DNA of 63,966 bases, the filler included, from Sluysia triapertura (lineage: Eukaryota), in NCBI GenBank assembly GCA_046118255.1. It is 5 parts of 5 records of this genome, joined end to end, with 100 filler letters (N's around TTAATTAATTAA, not from the genome) between each part and the next. Parts side by side here need not be neighbours in the genome. Positions count along the whole stretch, not along the records: positions 12,065 to 30,058 come from JBJNIA010183390.1; positions 30,159 to 41,281 come from JBJNIA010188522.1; positions 41,382 to 52,992 come from JBJNIA010182823.1; 2 more parts are not named here. One strand, given 5' to 3'. Shown in pieces: positions 23,949 to 43,951 of this stretch. The notes under the pieces are model-generated. The model saw nothing but the letters and a program-made list of their open reading frames with translations. It made no database searches and was not told the DNA's origin. The position numbers were made by a program, and so were the translations under genes. Each line of letters starts with the position of its first letter. The stretch's first letter is position 1.

Positions 23949-26537
23949 CAGTGTTTTTTGTGCCATGTCCCACTTTAACCTTTCTAAAGTTTTTATGCCC
24001 CCTATGTAACACATATAATATTTAACATTAAAAAAGTGATTTGTTCACTTAAGAAACATAAATGATGGATTCTAGGAATAAATCACTATCAAATTGTTAA
24101 TAAAACACAGTAAGTAAATGTTCAAAACATATAATGAAAAACTGAAATTCAAATTCCAAATAATTTTAATAATGCTTTTTCTTTATTAATTTGTTACTTT
24201 AATTTAGTGAGATCCTTGCGTTTGATGCTTGCTGCAGAGAGATTTATTTGGGGTTCCAATTTGGTGAGCTTCAGTCACAAATCCCCAAGTTGTGTCTCAT
24301 GCAGCCTATTTATTTTTTCATCAGTAAATCATTTACAGACTAAATCCACATTCAGCCAAAAATGAAAATGGAAACGGTAGTAATAGTTTTCTTGCGCATT
24401 TGGTTGAGTTTGGGTATTTGATTTCCTTTTCCTCACAAAGCCATGCCATCGCACCTTTTATACTAAATAAAGTTTTAACGGAGTCATCATTTTGCAATTC
24501 GGCGAGTTCTGCATATTTGATATATCACACAAATCCCATTAACATTGGCTGCATCATCCATGTTGGGTTATCAATTTGCTTTAAATCTAAAAATCTTTCT
24601 TTTAAATTATTTAAATGATTTACAATAACAAGTAAAGCGGTATCAGTTACTTCACAATTTTGAAGCTAGTGGAACTGTTCAAAGTTTTTGTTGTTAATAT
24701 GTTTCTGACATAACTCAATATTGGTAATGAAACCAAATATCTTCGCTTTTGCATCGACAAGAGTTTTATTTGTCCTTTGAAATTGCTTATTTAATATATT
24801 TAGTTTTTCAAAGATATCGGCTAAATAACTCATAAAGGCTTTACCATCGATTGTTAATAGATGCTTCATTTCTGCTTCAAGCAGTTTCCTTTAGATAGCC
24901 ACTTTACTTCAGTATGAAGTAAAAGCCTCACATGGTCTTTAGCTTTAAAAGACGCTCACATTTGGCACTAGCTTTAATAACTTTAACACATTTATTACAG
25001 TATGTAGTACTTCGTTTAGAACATGTGAGATGTTTTTAGCTATCAAGATTTGCCTATGAATAACACAATACACAAGAATCATTTCTGGATTCGCATCTTT
25101 CATCAATTTTCAGCAGCCATTTTTCTTGCCCATCACATTAGGAGCACCATTTGCAGCACAAGATATTATATTTTTCATTGATATATCATTGACATCTAAG
25201 TAGTTTTAGCTTAATAAATATATCTTTGGAAGTAGCTGTGTTTTCTAATCTTTCGCAGAACAACATTTCTTCTGCAAAATGCCTTTATCAATATATCTTA
25301 CGTAAGTTATCAATACTGCCTCACTATCTCTCAAAGTTAATTCATCCATATGCACTGAGAATTTTCTTGTTTTCAGCTTTTCAACAAGTTGTTTTTCAAT
25401 ATCTTGACTCATTTCGTCTATTCTTCTGCTAACAGCATTTTTACTGAGTGGCACAGCTTCTACATCTTTGTCATCTTTTTCAAGAACGGTTTTAAGAAAT
25501 GCTGATATTGACGGTTTTATTAAATTCTCTCATATAGTGTGATTTTTTCCAGTTTTGGCGATGAATAAAGAAATTTGATAACTAGCATCAAGAACACGGT
25601 TATTGGTTGAAGTATGGGCAGTAAATAGCAACTTTATTGTTCTTTTTTCAAAGTTTTCTTTCAATGTTTTAAAGTAATTCAAATCTGAATTAATATGAGC
25701 ACTATGTTTCGCTTTCAAATGCGCCTCAAGACGACCTCGTTTCATTGATTCGTTACTCAAGCATTGCTGGCACAAAAGACAAAAAGGAACCCAAATTTTA
25801 AATATTCCTCCGAATATTGACAAGTTTTTTCTTGCTTGCACTACTCATTTTATTATGAGTTATATGAAATAAAAATAAAATCAATAAAAAATAATATTAA
25901 AATGTGTTAAAATTAATTAATTGTGACATAGAGCAAACGTATACTAAAATGCATATTTATATAAAACATTTACTACACTGCTACCGCAAATCAAAAGATA
26001 CCTATATTTTTTCTATTTGAAAAAATTCTCTGCAATGTTATGCTTCTAAAATTAAAATAAATAAAAATACTTACAAATTATATCTATATAATAAATAAGT
26101 ATATTTATAAAAACAACGAGCTTTTACTACAGTTTTGACAGACACTTCTTTCAGATTAATACCAACAGAATGATGTGAAACACTACATGTGTTGCGGCTA
26201 TAGGCCAATTAGGAGCGAACAACTGTGTTGTTTAGCAAATTTCTTGGTTGGCCGGGTTTACGCCTCCCCTCCCGGCAGACAGCACACTCCGCGGTGAACC
26301 CCGGACCAAGTTTATTCGACGATGCCATTCAACCAGTTAATATTTTGGTCTCGTCAAACGAAATTATTTAAGAATTTGCTGTTTTTTGCTAAATTTGGCA
26401 CCGATATCTAGCATTGCATTTAAATGGTCGGAGAGAAAGGGCTAAAGTTGTGTCGAGTCAATTTTCAAATTAAACCCTTCTGCAGGACACCCGAGCCTCT
26501 GCCCTGTGGGGCGCGTGCTAGACGTTGGGAAACATTC
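23949..26537 (-). mobile_element. hAT transposon, Buster/Charlie (ZBED5/SCAND3-like) type, frameshifted transposase ~24200-25850
   Basis: BED finger CLLCQQCLSNESMK..LEAHLKAKH, PLSKNAVSRRIDEMSQDI, FSVHMDE, YLADIFEKLNILN; termini CAGTGTTT (23949, after TTCTAAAG) and GTTGGGAAACATTC (26524-26537). Confidence 0.92.
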
Positions 26538-26654
26538 GTCTCAGATTAGAAACCTTGTCCCTCTTAACATGTGCCGATTTAAATATTATAATTATTAAAT
26601 AAATTTTAAATATTATATAAAATGAATGTCTTAAAAAATTTGTTTTAAAATGAC

Positions 26655-26690
26655 ACTAGGTTTTTTCCGCGTATGCTTTGCACGCAATGG
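26655..26690 (-). mobile_element. Helitron-like 3' terminus
   Basis: Minus strand GCGTGCAAAGCATACGC hairpin followed by CTAG-T. Confidence 0.45.
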
Positions 26691-29089
26691 ACACTTTGTA
26701 CCGGAGATTATATTACGGTAAAAATCATCATCCTAAGTTAAACTATAATAATAATTTCGAAATAATTATAAAGAAATTGTTATTGGTATTCAAAAACAGC
26801 AATAGCTTAAAAAATTGAAAGAAAACTTTTACCAATGGAAGAAGAAATCGGTGACTTGAAATTCGAATGAAATTAATCAAAAACAAGAACAAAAAGCGGA
26901 AATTTTAATCGAAATGCCTATATTATTAATCCGAGCCTTTAATTGATGAATATGAGATAGAAATGAATCGTATCACAATGGAATTAGATAATTCAAATTA
27001 AATAATAAAATATTTACCATTTTTCGACTAACTAAACTTTAATTAATTCGATTTTGTTTTGTCAAAAAATTTATATTTACTAAACAAACATACGTTTTAC
27101 ATTTCTATTTAAATAAATAAATACTGCATTATTTGATGGTTCAGTAACGAAAACAATAAATCAAAAGTCCAGCCTTGGAAGCCCAAGATCAATAATAACA
27201 AAAATATATTTCAATCACATTTCAAATGAATTCCGACAAAAAATACAACTGTTATAATGATGACAAATACATAATTCATAACAATAATAATAAATACGAA
27301 TAATTAAAATTTTTGTTCTTACAAAATAATATTAACAAATACAATTACTGAATTAATAATTTTTATTAGTAATATAATTTAGTTTGCATAAAGTACTATT
27401 TATAGATTTTTAATACTTGTCAATTTTAATTAGCCAATCATAAACATTCTAGAAAATTGTGAACAAGTTATGAACAATATTTTCTATTCAAGACAGAAAT
27501 TTAATTATCTAAACTTTACAATTTGTTCACCATTGTTGGTAAGCTACATTTTACAAGAAAACATTTAAAATATTGATATGTTCATTGTATTTATGAAATA
27601 AAATTTTGTTTTATTAGCATCGTGCTATATTAATTGTCAATAAAATGGCAATAAATAAAATATTTAAGAAATTAATAAAATAAATAACTTTAAATATTGG
27701 CATGCTATATTTAAGTTATTTTACTACAAATGAAAATTTAAAATTAATAAATTTTAAAACCATTATTGTAAATAAGAGTAATTATCATGGTTAATTTGTA
27801 CTTATTTTTGGTAACTTATAAAAATGTCGATATCTAAAGTCGGTATTAAATCGACGCACACTTTTTTTCCTTATCATTCATTAAGAACAAAAATTGGCGG
27901 CTGCAGTCACACTTTTTATATTTCTATTTTAAAATAAATATGAGTTTGATTAAAAAAACTAAGGATTATGATGAAACACAATATAAATATATTTAATATT
28001 ATATAAATAATAATTGTAATAAAAAAATTCATTTATAGAAAAAGTTGTTTTTTTATGTTACAATTTGTTAACCAATTAAAATTCATAAAAACGAAAATAT
28101 TGATTGACATATAATATTAAACTTTTTGAAATTGAACGATGTGACTGAGAATAAATAATAAAGTTAAAAATATATATTTCTGTTAATTTCGAAAGAAAAC
28201 AATGAAAAGTTACAAAAAGAAATAATTAACATGATTTGTAATTATTCACAGCCCTAAAATACAAAAATTCAATATTAATTAAAATTATTGTTTTGTGACA
28301 AAAACACCAAATTTCTCTCTACGATATAACTGGCAGTTGGTAGCGAATGTATTAAATTGAAATTTCAAGGAGTATAATCATTTTCCATAGAACTATTTTA
28401 TTAATAAAAATAATAAATTTATAAAACAAATACTACTCTCCTTCTCTAATGCGACACTACATCAATAAATATACAATTGCCTGCTGCTTTGTTTTTATCC
28501 ATTCGATAACCCTAACGATACAAAACATGGTTTGACTTTTCTTTTATTCACGTAATTGTAAATCTTGTGAATCCCGTGTTCTTCCTTATTGTAAATCGTT
28601 CTGTTTATTTTTTACCAAATTTTTTTCGTATTGCTCACACATTGGGAAATATTGCCAAAGAATAATATAATATAAAATTTTTAACTGATTGCTTTCGAAA
28701 TTTATAATGATTTTCATATGTTAACACACAGTAATTATAAATTATAAATCATTTTCTTTTTTAAAACTACAATTTCAAACATCTATCTAAAAAGATCTGA
28801 AATTTATAATTCTACTATAGATTTATTCATTTTATGACAAATAAAACTACAAAAAAATGTGTTAACGGTTTCTAAGTTCAAAGAATACATCTGTAAGGAC
28901 TGCCAACAATTATAAAAGCTCGCGAATGTAGCATAAATGCAAGTTCTCATAGGTGAACCTTAGTATAAATCAACACCCATATAATGTCAATGGACTAATA
29001 ATCTCTCTAATGAAGGCACACAAGACAGAAGAAAAAGAACTACTCAACGAGGAGTAGAGTACGAATAATATAACTATAACTATAAATTC

Positions 29090-29200
29090 TAACGAAACTA
29101 CACGGCACAGTTCTTTCCTAACTGGATTTTGTAGTAAAAAAAGAACAATTTCCAATTGTTTCAAGTGCAAGAAATATGTTTGTGGAAAGTACAAATCTAA
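29090..29200 (+). mobile_element. piggyBac-like C-terminal cysteine-rich domain fragment
   Basis: Reads CSKKRTISNCFKCKKYVCGK, resembling the piggyBac CRD. Confidence 0.45.
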
Positions 29201-30172
29201 AAGAAATGGTTTCAACATGAAATTACTGCCAGACTTAATCCAATGTTATACTCGAATAGACAGTGTGATTGTCAGAATTTCAAATCAGCATTAATCACTT
29301 CAAACTTAACAAAAATTACTGAATTAATTAAAATAAATATACTTATTCACAACTTTTAATTAACTTGTTATTCCTTAAATTAGTGGAACGATAAAACAAC
29401 GATAAAGCACTTTTAACATGGGCAATAAAGAACAATATTACGAATTTAAATGCAAATAAAAATACATGCTTAATTCATAACAATGTTAATATACATAATT
29501 AATTTTTGTAATTATAAACGATGATGTTATTCAATTGCCTTCATATTGTTAATAATATTCCTTTGCTTCATTAGTTTGTTTGTATATTACATATTTATAA
29601 ATAAGCACACACAAAATCAACTATATAATTCGTTTAAGACACAAAATATTCGGTGTGTTTTAATTTTATTCAATATGTATCTTTTTAATGAGTTGTTCAT
29701 ACTAGTCACATACATTATGACTTTATCCATCACATAATAGATAAACAACAACCAAATCATGGAGACATTTATGAAAAGTGGAACTTTATAGGAAATAACA
29801 TAGGTAATTTGTCGACATGGTATAAAGAGTTAATTATATAATTAATATAATTGGATATAATAATAATAATAATTAATTTCGTTTAATTTCAAGTTTAATT
29901 CGAAAATTTTTTTAACATAATAACAATATTATTATTATTCACAAAATACAAACAATAAAGATATAACAATTACAATTATCAATAAAGTGATAAAATGGTG
30001 CCGGAAAAATTAATATCAATGTATTTTTATGAGTTTCATTTACTTCTGATACAAAATCNNNNNNNNNNNNNNNNNNNNNNNNNNNNNNNNNNNNNNNNNN
30101 NNTTAATTAATTAANNNNNNNNNNNNNNNNNNNNNNNNNNNNNNNNNNNNNNNNNNNNCATCATCATCATCA

Positions 30173-30234
<62 letters not shown>

Positions 30235-30891
30235 TGGGTTAAATTCAAAAGTTAAATTCTCTTAAAACTATTAAAATCAGTTTCGATTTACAATTTGAAG
30301 TCACAGTTCCTTCTACCCTGATCTCGGGACAGAAGTAAATAACTAAACTTTGCAATTGCAAATATAAATCCATAACTAATAAAATAATTTAAATAAAAAT
30401 ACGAATTCTTAAAATTATATAAGTTTTAAAAGTTAGATAAAGATTTAATATTATTTTAAATAATATTTTTGCCTAATAAATGTAATTATCTGTCAGATAA
30501 AATATTCTTCTTTTTATCCAATATTATTGAATACCAAATGAAGGATAATGTAATTTTATCCGTAGTAAATGTATTAATTCTAGGGTTTGCTTAATTTGTT
30601 GCTTGAACATCAATATTGCTCTATAAAATGTTAATATTGTAATTAAAATCTTCTTTTTTGTTTATGGTCATGTCCATATTTAGTCCTACTGTGCTTTTTC
30701 CACGTTTTATTCAATGTTTGTTGTGATACACTCAAATTTATTAAATATTGCAAACATACAATCATAATTCTAATTTATTTTATTTTTCATAATTTAATTT
30801 TGTTAATTTTATAATTTATAGACTAATTTAAAATGAATTTTTCAAATTTTTAAATATTTTTAATTATCTTTATGTCATTATCTTCATCACC

Positions 30892-30925
<34 letters not shown>

Positions 30926-33881
30926 TCATTTGAAGTTGACTCAGTTTACTTAACATTTTTTGTTTTGTTTTCTATATTTTAAAAAGAAAACAAAGAATAA
31001 AACAATTAATACTTTCTGATATTGGGTTTTAAAAACCAATTTAAAACTTTCAATTGTTATTTTTTATTTTTATATTAATAAAAGTAAGAATTTCCAATTT
31101 TTTCATAGCCTTTGAAACTTATTAAAATCATTAAACTCATTTCGTGAACTCGAGAATTGTGCTAAATTTTAAAGCCTCCTAATTAATATAATGGTAATTT
31201 TCATCTGATATTAATTTTCAATTTCTTAATTTAATTTTACTAAAAAACATGAAAACAATAAAAATAATAATATAAATATGCGTTGATAATTATTGTGATT
31301 ATAGTTATTTGTTGAAATTTATTCAAAGTACAATGAAACTTTTAAAAAAATAATTCGAATGCATAGTATCATTAACTGTAAACTACTTGAATAAAAGTTC
31401 AAGTATATCAAAGTTTATTATTCAATTTAGCATATGTAATAATTTTGTGATAATAATGTGGAAAGTTAATTTGAAATGTGATATTATAAAAGTATTTTAT
31501 TTTTATTTTAAATTTTTGATTAATTTTTTAAAATTGTTAGTTATATCTTATTATTTTTAGTAACATTAGACTATTTTATTTCTAATGAAAACTAATAAAT
31601 AAATTCATATCTTTAAAAAATGAATATTCTTTAATTAAAATTCAACGATTTTAAACAAAATTCGTAACAGTTCTTCAATTAAAATTGAATAATGAAAATA
31701 TTCACACTTTAGAACTATTATGGAATTTTTAATCAAATTTTATCCTACTTCAGTGTAAAACCAGTTTTATACCTTAAAAGGTATAACTGGCAAAATATTA
31801 CCATAAAGGCACGACACAAAAAATGACATTTCTTCTCACTAATTTAATAATGAACGAAAATTATATTACTTAAATAAATTTCAATATATAATGATACAAA
31901 TCCTGATTCATTATGCGAATGGTTAAAAATGTATTGTATAAATGACTGTTTTGTAATTATTTATGGACTCATTAGAAATACAATTTTCATAAAATAATCC
32001 ATTTGTCTTGTTTAATATTTAGCATAATATGGACCACGTTGTGGTGTCCAAACCACATTAATGTTATTGTCATTATCAGTAATATTGTTCTTATAATCAT
32101 TATTATTATAATTATAATATTATTATGATTGATTATAACTATTATTTTAGTATATCATTGCGATCAATGTTATATTGATTATACTAAAATATCGTTGATG
32201 ATTTATTCTGGCTCATAATCTTTTATAATAAAAAGGTATATTTGTTGGGAATGAATATTGACGTAATTTTATTGTTTTATCGTTTATAATTTATCTTGTA
32301 ATAATCTTATTAAAGTTAAAATCATGTGATGTGTACTCTAAGCGTCTAACGGTTAAATTTAATTTAAAAATCGAGTTTTGCTTTAAAAATGCCCAACCCT
32401 ATTGGAATATAGTAGATACTACATGAATAACCTAACTTGGATGTTTTTAAATACTTTAGACGCCTGTGTTCCAGAATTTACTTAGTATTAATTATGTGAA
32501 TGAAACTTAACAAAAGTAATATCATTGAATATTTTTATTATCGATTATTTTATTTTATAAATTTTGTGATTTAAGTTTTGAATATGCCAAAAGTTCCAGT
32601 AAGTATTCAGAAAAAATCAATGTATCAGAATTGTTCATTTGTACAAAGTATTTGTAAAGTAAAATCTATCAGTCCAATTTGTTTAAGTATACATAATATT
32701 TGTAAAAATATCAATTCGTTTAATAATACAAAATATTTTGTTTGATTAAAAATATAAAACTGTTTAATTCTCTAATATCTTTCCTACGTTTCCTTTCTTT
32801 TCTATATATATAAATGTCATTTTGTGATTTTAGATATTAGATAATTTATTCAATGCTACAACTCTCGTCTTGCGTTAGCCTGTGTGTTAATTTCAACGTT
32901 TTTGTTTAATCCGTAATCGTTTTGCCTATCTAATTAAGTGCAATAAATTTATATTTATAATTTCAATGCAAGTAATAAACAAAAGAAATAAAATAAGAAT
33001 AATAAATGAATGTTGCTATTGTAATAAATAAAATTGCATTGCTACAAAATATCAGAGATAAAAGACTTTGATATTATTATTATTATACTAATATAAATTT
33101 TTAGAAATAATAATATAAAATAGACAAATTTTAGGCCAAAAAATTATAGAATTATCATACAAATATAAAATGTAATTATTTTAGGCCAGAAAATTATATA
33201 AAATTATTTATGAAATTATTATGGATATAAATGTATAAAACGAGAAGATTATAAATAATTTAACACTTGAAAAAGATTATCGATTAAAATGGAAAAACCT
33301 TATAACCTGAAGAAGAATATTGAAGATTAGCAAGTTATCATGTAATATATAATAATGAGATAATTTCTTATTAAAGTATAATATCCTAGGATTGAATCTT
33401 TGTATAAAATCATTAAATAAAATTACTTTCTACAGTAGATCATTATATAATATTTTAACATTTGAAAAGTTTTCTTTTAAAATCATTAAATTGTATTTTT
33501 AAAAATAATTTGTCTTTAAGTTCTCTATTTATTTTAGAAGTAATTTATCATCCATTTTATTTTATTTATTTTATTAACACAAATACTAATTTATAATACA
33601 GTTTTAAGAAAAGTTGTAAAAGCGAGTAATTCTAGCAATTATAAATAAAGTAACGTGAAGTACGATTACGTTGATAATATTGTTAAATAAATAAGAAATG
33701 CATTACTATCACAATAGAGGATAGTGATGAATTTTGATAAGAGATTGTTTATTGAACTTTTATTATTATTATTATCATCAAATTTTATCAAAATAAAAAT
33801 TAATTTGGAACCTGAAATATAAATAATTTTTAATGGATGATGTAAAGTTAAAATGATAAAACATGAAAATATAAATAATTA

Positions 33882-39086
<5,205 letters not shown>

Positions 39087-39117
39087 CTGTAAAAACAAAT
39101 GTAGCTTCAATTACTGA

Positions 39118-39197
<80 letters not shown>

Positions 39198-40506
39198 ATG
39201 AAATTTAAATACTCATTAATGAGATATAACAAAAAGAAACAAATATATTTGGATGGAATGAAAATATTGGTGAAACACAAGAGAAAATAGCAAAGAAAGA
39301 TTTCATTGGAGAACAATCAACAAATCAAATGACGAATTGAAGGNNNNNNNNNNNNNNNNNNNNNNNNNNNNNNNNNNNNNNNNNNNNNNNNNNNNNNNNN
39401 NNNNNNNNNNNNNNNNNNNNNNNNNNNNNNNNNNNNNNNNNNNNNNNNNNNNNNNNNNNNNNNNNNNNNNNNNNTTCAGAATATAATAAAAAATTTAATA
39501 TTATAAAAAGGGTAATTAGTTATAAAATATTATGTTTAAATGTATATATATTTATTTATTTCACATTAAGAAGATTAAGTTATATATTAACAATAGAAAT
39601 GTTATGTCAGACAAGGTCTTGCTAATGCTGTTTTTTACTAATATCTTATTTAGTAAAATTAGTGATACTTTATATTTTTCAATTTTGATCAGTTTCTTCA
39701 TCTTGCAACAATTGAAAAGAGCAAGTCTTTTTCTAATAATAATATAATAATAATGATAATAATAATAATTATTATTATTTAAAAATCATTTAAAAAAGAA
39801 AGTTATTGTTACATCTTAGTATAAGTTTGGACAATTTTTTTCTATTTCTTTTTGCGTCATTTACCAATGATGTGAATAATAAAATAATGTTCTATATAAT
39901 TATTTTTAATAACTACTTTATTACAAATTGTCTTTGTATTTTGAATCGTGTAGCAATCAGTTAAGAATTTGTTCACTAAAAGAATAATTCAAACAGATGA
40001 TCGGTGTGGAAGATATGTCAAGCAATGTAAATATACGATGTATGGTAAATGTATGCGATAATAATTATTTATTTCGCATTTTATTTGCAGTTATATTATA
40101 ATAATAGTGATAANNNNNNNNNNNNNNNNNNNNNNNNNNNNNNNNNNNNNNNNNNNNNNNNNNNNNNNNNNNNNNNNNNNNNNNNNNNNNNNNNNNNNNN
40201 NNNNNNNNNNNNNNNNNNNNNNNNNNNNNNNNNNNNNNNNNNNNGATCAATTTTTATGACAAAGACAATATTGTTATGCGTGAAAAATCTATTTTTCTGT
40301 CTGTGCATCGATCGATTGTGATCATTTTATCGAATAATAATAATAATAATAATTATTATTATTATTATTATTATATTATTATTATGTTTATGACTATTTA
40401 GTTAATTACAAACTTATGATTTAACAATTCAATACTTATAAACAAAACTAATACAAAAATGTTTTTGCATTAATTTTAAGTTTTTTTGCTATAGTATCAA
40501 TAAATA

Positions 40507-40978
40507 TTACACAATCGAATAACTAGTTGCCATACAAATCTTTTTCCGTAAAATTTTCGAAGCTGGCTGTAATTTAAGAGATTTAAGAAGATTTTCTATA
40601 CATTCTTGTAATTTGATATGACTTTGTTCCAATAATTCTAATCTGTGATGAAGGTAATTCTGCTCTATACGCATATCGGTTACTGTTTCATAAATACTGG
40701 ATTGGGTTTTCGCCAGATCAACAAGAGTATCTGAATTGTACTGAAGTTTGCGTTGTTCACTTTTTACTTTTCTCATACCATAAATTGCTCGTAAAAACTT
40801 TCTCTGGTGGACTCGAACTTGCATGGGATTGATTCGTTTTACTAATTTAGAATACTTATGAATAAGACACGCCTCACGCAGTACATTAGCTGCATAATTT
40901 TTGAGCTGTTTAATTAACTGATTCTCGAACATGAAATGAATAACGTGTTTTTTAGCTCGAGATAGTTCAAATTTTCAT
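40507..40978 (-). pseudogene. Terminal exon of a small-conductance Ca-activated K+ channel (SK/KCNN calmodulin-binding domain), probably inactivated
   Basis: [68 protein letters not shown]; TGA (40975-40977) where the conserved Arg of RKLEL is expected, right after the CAG acceptor; no upstream exons seen. Confidence 0.8.
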
Positions 40979-41842
40979 CTGCAATACTCACAATATGATG
41001 TAATTTATTTTGAATATTACTTTCTCCAGATAGTACAGACTGACTTTGTTCAAAGCTGATGAAATATGCATCGATGGATCTTGATTATACAAAAGTTCAA
41101 ATTTTCAAGTATCACAGTCAGATATAGTGTATAGTATAAAAAAAGAAAAGAAAGATTGATAATAAGGATAAAAGAAATAATAATAATGATAACAATTATG
41201 TGGTTATTATGTTTATTAATGCAGAAATATTTATGTTGAAATTTATTATGAAATTTTATTATGAAAATTATTATAAAAGTTNNNNNNNNNNNNNNNNNNN
41301 NNNNNNNNNNNNNNNNNNNNNNNNNTTAATTAATTAANNNNNNNNNNNNNNNNNNNNNNNNNNNNNNNNNNNNNNNNNNNNAGGTATTTAATGAGTGGGT
41401 GTTTTGAGTTGTTGAAATGAATGTAAGAGTTTATTGAGTTAGGAATGTTAAGATATGGGTTAATTTATTGTTGGATGTAGTTTGGTGAAATGTTAAAGTT
41501 GTATCTTGTTGTTTTATGGAATGAGTTGAGTGATGTTGTAGTTGTAGAGTGTGGTTGTAATACATTTTATTTCTATTTAGTTATTTTAAATTTTGACTTA
41601 CGGAGTTGGTCACTACATCAAAGATTTCAAAATCTTAATGGTCTCAAAGTTCACAAGTGCAAGGGAATTTTAAATGTTTTAGATAATCTCAAGTTACTTT
41701 AAGGATATCAAACACTATAAGGGTCCCTGGGATCTCTAAGTTAAGCTTTAGTGCCTAAAATGACCACAGATGTTTTATTATGTCATATCTATCATTTTAT
41801 ATCAATTCTCCATGCAATGTTTCAAGAAAAGCAATTGTTAAT

Positions 41843-41900
<58 letters not shown>

Positions 41901-42666
41901 GAGAACAAAATATTTTCATTACATTTTTAATAAATGTCTTAGTGAAAGCATGACGAACGAATCATCTGAGAAGATTCGATCACATATTTTTATAAATTAT
42001 TCAACACAAACCTTGCAGGATGTACATTATACACTGCGCCAATCAACAATAAATTCCAATAATGCTACGAGAAATAAGAACCATCAGTAAATTTTCTAAA
42101 TAAGATTGAAGAATTTCAGCAAATTTATTCATGTTATTCAAGATCAAAAACAAACGAATGTTAATCATTTTAATGCTACGTATTTAGGTACCTAATTTAT
42201 TAAATAATGTGCTTATTAGAAATTTTGTGGTTTTAATGAAACTTTATTTAAATTTATCATATTTTTATATTTTATTAACTTATCTAATGTCAAATAAGAA
42301 TGCAGAATACAACCGCAGTACTTCATAAATGTGTGAATTAATGTAACCAATGAATAAACAACGTCATCTCGAGGAAAGTTTCCAACTCTTAAGAGTTATA
42401 GCATTATTTCTACATGCCAGCTTTTATTAGGTGTGCGAGGCTTTTAATCTTATAGCGTGCAAAAGATAATTCTGGAAGCGAGTCCACCTAACGGAAACGT
42501 TTTATATCTGGTCGAAGGTGGTATATTAAGCTTTTAAGAAGTAATATAATTCTACTTTAAGAGAGTCATGTATTTAATTATGTGAATGGCTACGTTAACA
42601 GTACTCAATAGTTTTGATGCTAATACGTCAAAAATTATTTAATTATTTATAATTTATCAGATTTTG

Positions 42667-42786
42667 AGTTAGCCTTTTTACGGTCTAACTTTCAATAAAA
42701 AATATTTTAAATTAGCATTTACGGTCTAATTATGCAAACTTTCTTTTACATTTTATGATATTTAGCTAGCCTTATTACGGTCTAGC
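42667..42786 (-). repeat. Array of three bulged-A hairpins
   Basis: Minus strand AGTTAG-A-CCGT-AAA-AAGG-CTAACT (42667-42690), AATTAG-A-CCGTAAATG-CTAATT (42710-42731), GCTAG-A-CCGT-AAT-AAGG-CTAGC (42765-42786). Confidence 0.85.
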
Positions 42787-43565
42787 GAGGATAAATGATA
42801 TTTTAGTATTTAATAAACAATTACAAACTCTCAGACCAAGAAGAAATTTTGTACAAAGTGTAAATATAACAATACAATAATGATAATCAGTTTAGCACTT
42901 AAATCTTATTGATCTAGTGCAATAAAGTTTATATAGAAGTTAAATTAGCCAGTTAACTTAGACCACGTGAAAATAAATTTAATATTTTAAGTAGATTTTA
43001 ATTTTCCTAGTTATGGTGAGAATATAAAACTTATTAAACAAAATCTTACTTTAGCATGGTACATGGAAAATATTTGACTGGATTTTTCTATGATGATTTT
43101 TGATATTGTTTCGCTCTATGGTTTGTTGAAAATTTTCTCATTCTTATATACAAAATTTTCAATCGCCACATTGCTTTATTGTCTTATATTTTGAAAAATA
43201 ATCCATTTAAATACATTTTTTTAATTTAACAATTTAATTTAATTTATTAAACTTAATTGATTTAATTTATTAAAGTTTCTTTTATAAATAAAATTTATTA
43301 AATTTATTTATTTATTTTGTTATATTTGTTAGGCATAATAAAGATAAATAATTTAATACCAATAATAAAATAAATATAATAATAAAACCAATAAAATAAA
43401 TGTAAATATGTTAATGATGGATCATAAACGTGTTAATGTTAAATTTACAAGTACAATCTCGCAAGTGCATACAAACAAAAGAATAAAAGAAGATGACTTG
43501 TAAAAATAACAGAAATCACAATAACAATAATATAATTATTATATATTTTAATGCGATGATGTTAA

Positions 43566-43709
43566 CTCACTACTGGCCGCTGAAGTAATCTGCCATTTTT
43601 ATTCGAAATTCAGTAGCTGCTGACGTAGTAGTAAGTTTTTTGAAAGAACAACTTTATTTGTGTTGTCATCAAACCGTCGCGATTAAGAATTTTTAGCGGC
43701 CAGTATGAG
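43566..43709. mobile_element. 144-bp MITE with TTAA target duplication (piggyBac/Kolobok-type)
   Basis: TTAA-CTCACTACTGGCCGCT ... AGCGGCCAGTATGAG-TTAA inverted termini. Confidence 0.85.
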
Positions 43710-43951
43710 TTAATGATATTGTGATATTATTATAAGAATTACTATTACAATGGAATTTATAATAACAATAACTATAACTCATGACAATTATGTACAATGA
43801 CTATGTTTGTTTTTTGAATGAGTCAAGTAGTTTATCTAGCGTTTTGTTAATGTAAGAAATGTTCGTATGTGTTTGTAATTTTGATGTGATTTCTGTACAA
43901 GAAATATCAGAAAAATTAATTCTATATCAAATTTAACTGGAATAATATTTA

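Noticed and set aside
40049-40321. ORFs spanning N runs (also 44540-44821)
   Set aside because: Artefacts of assembly gaps
40975-40977. TGA as a sense codon (alternative genetic code)
   Set aside because: SENP8 terminates at TGA and Trp is TGG in the intact exons; a CGA to TGA mutation is simpler
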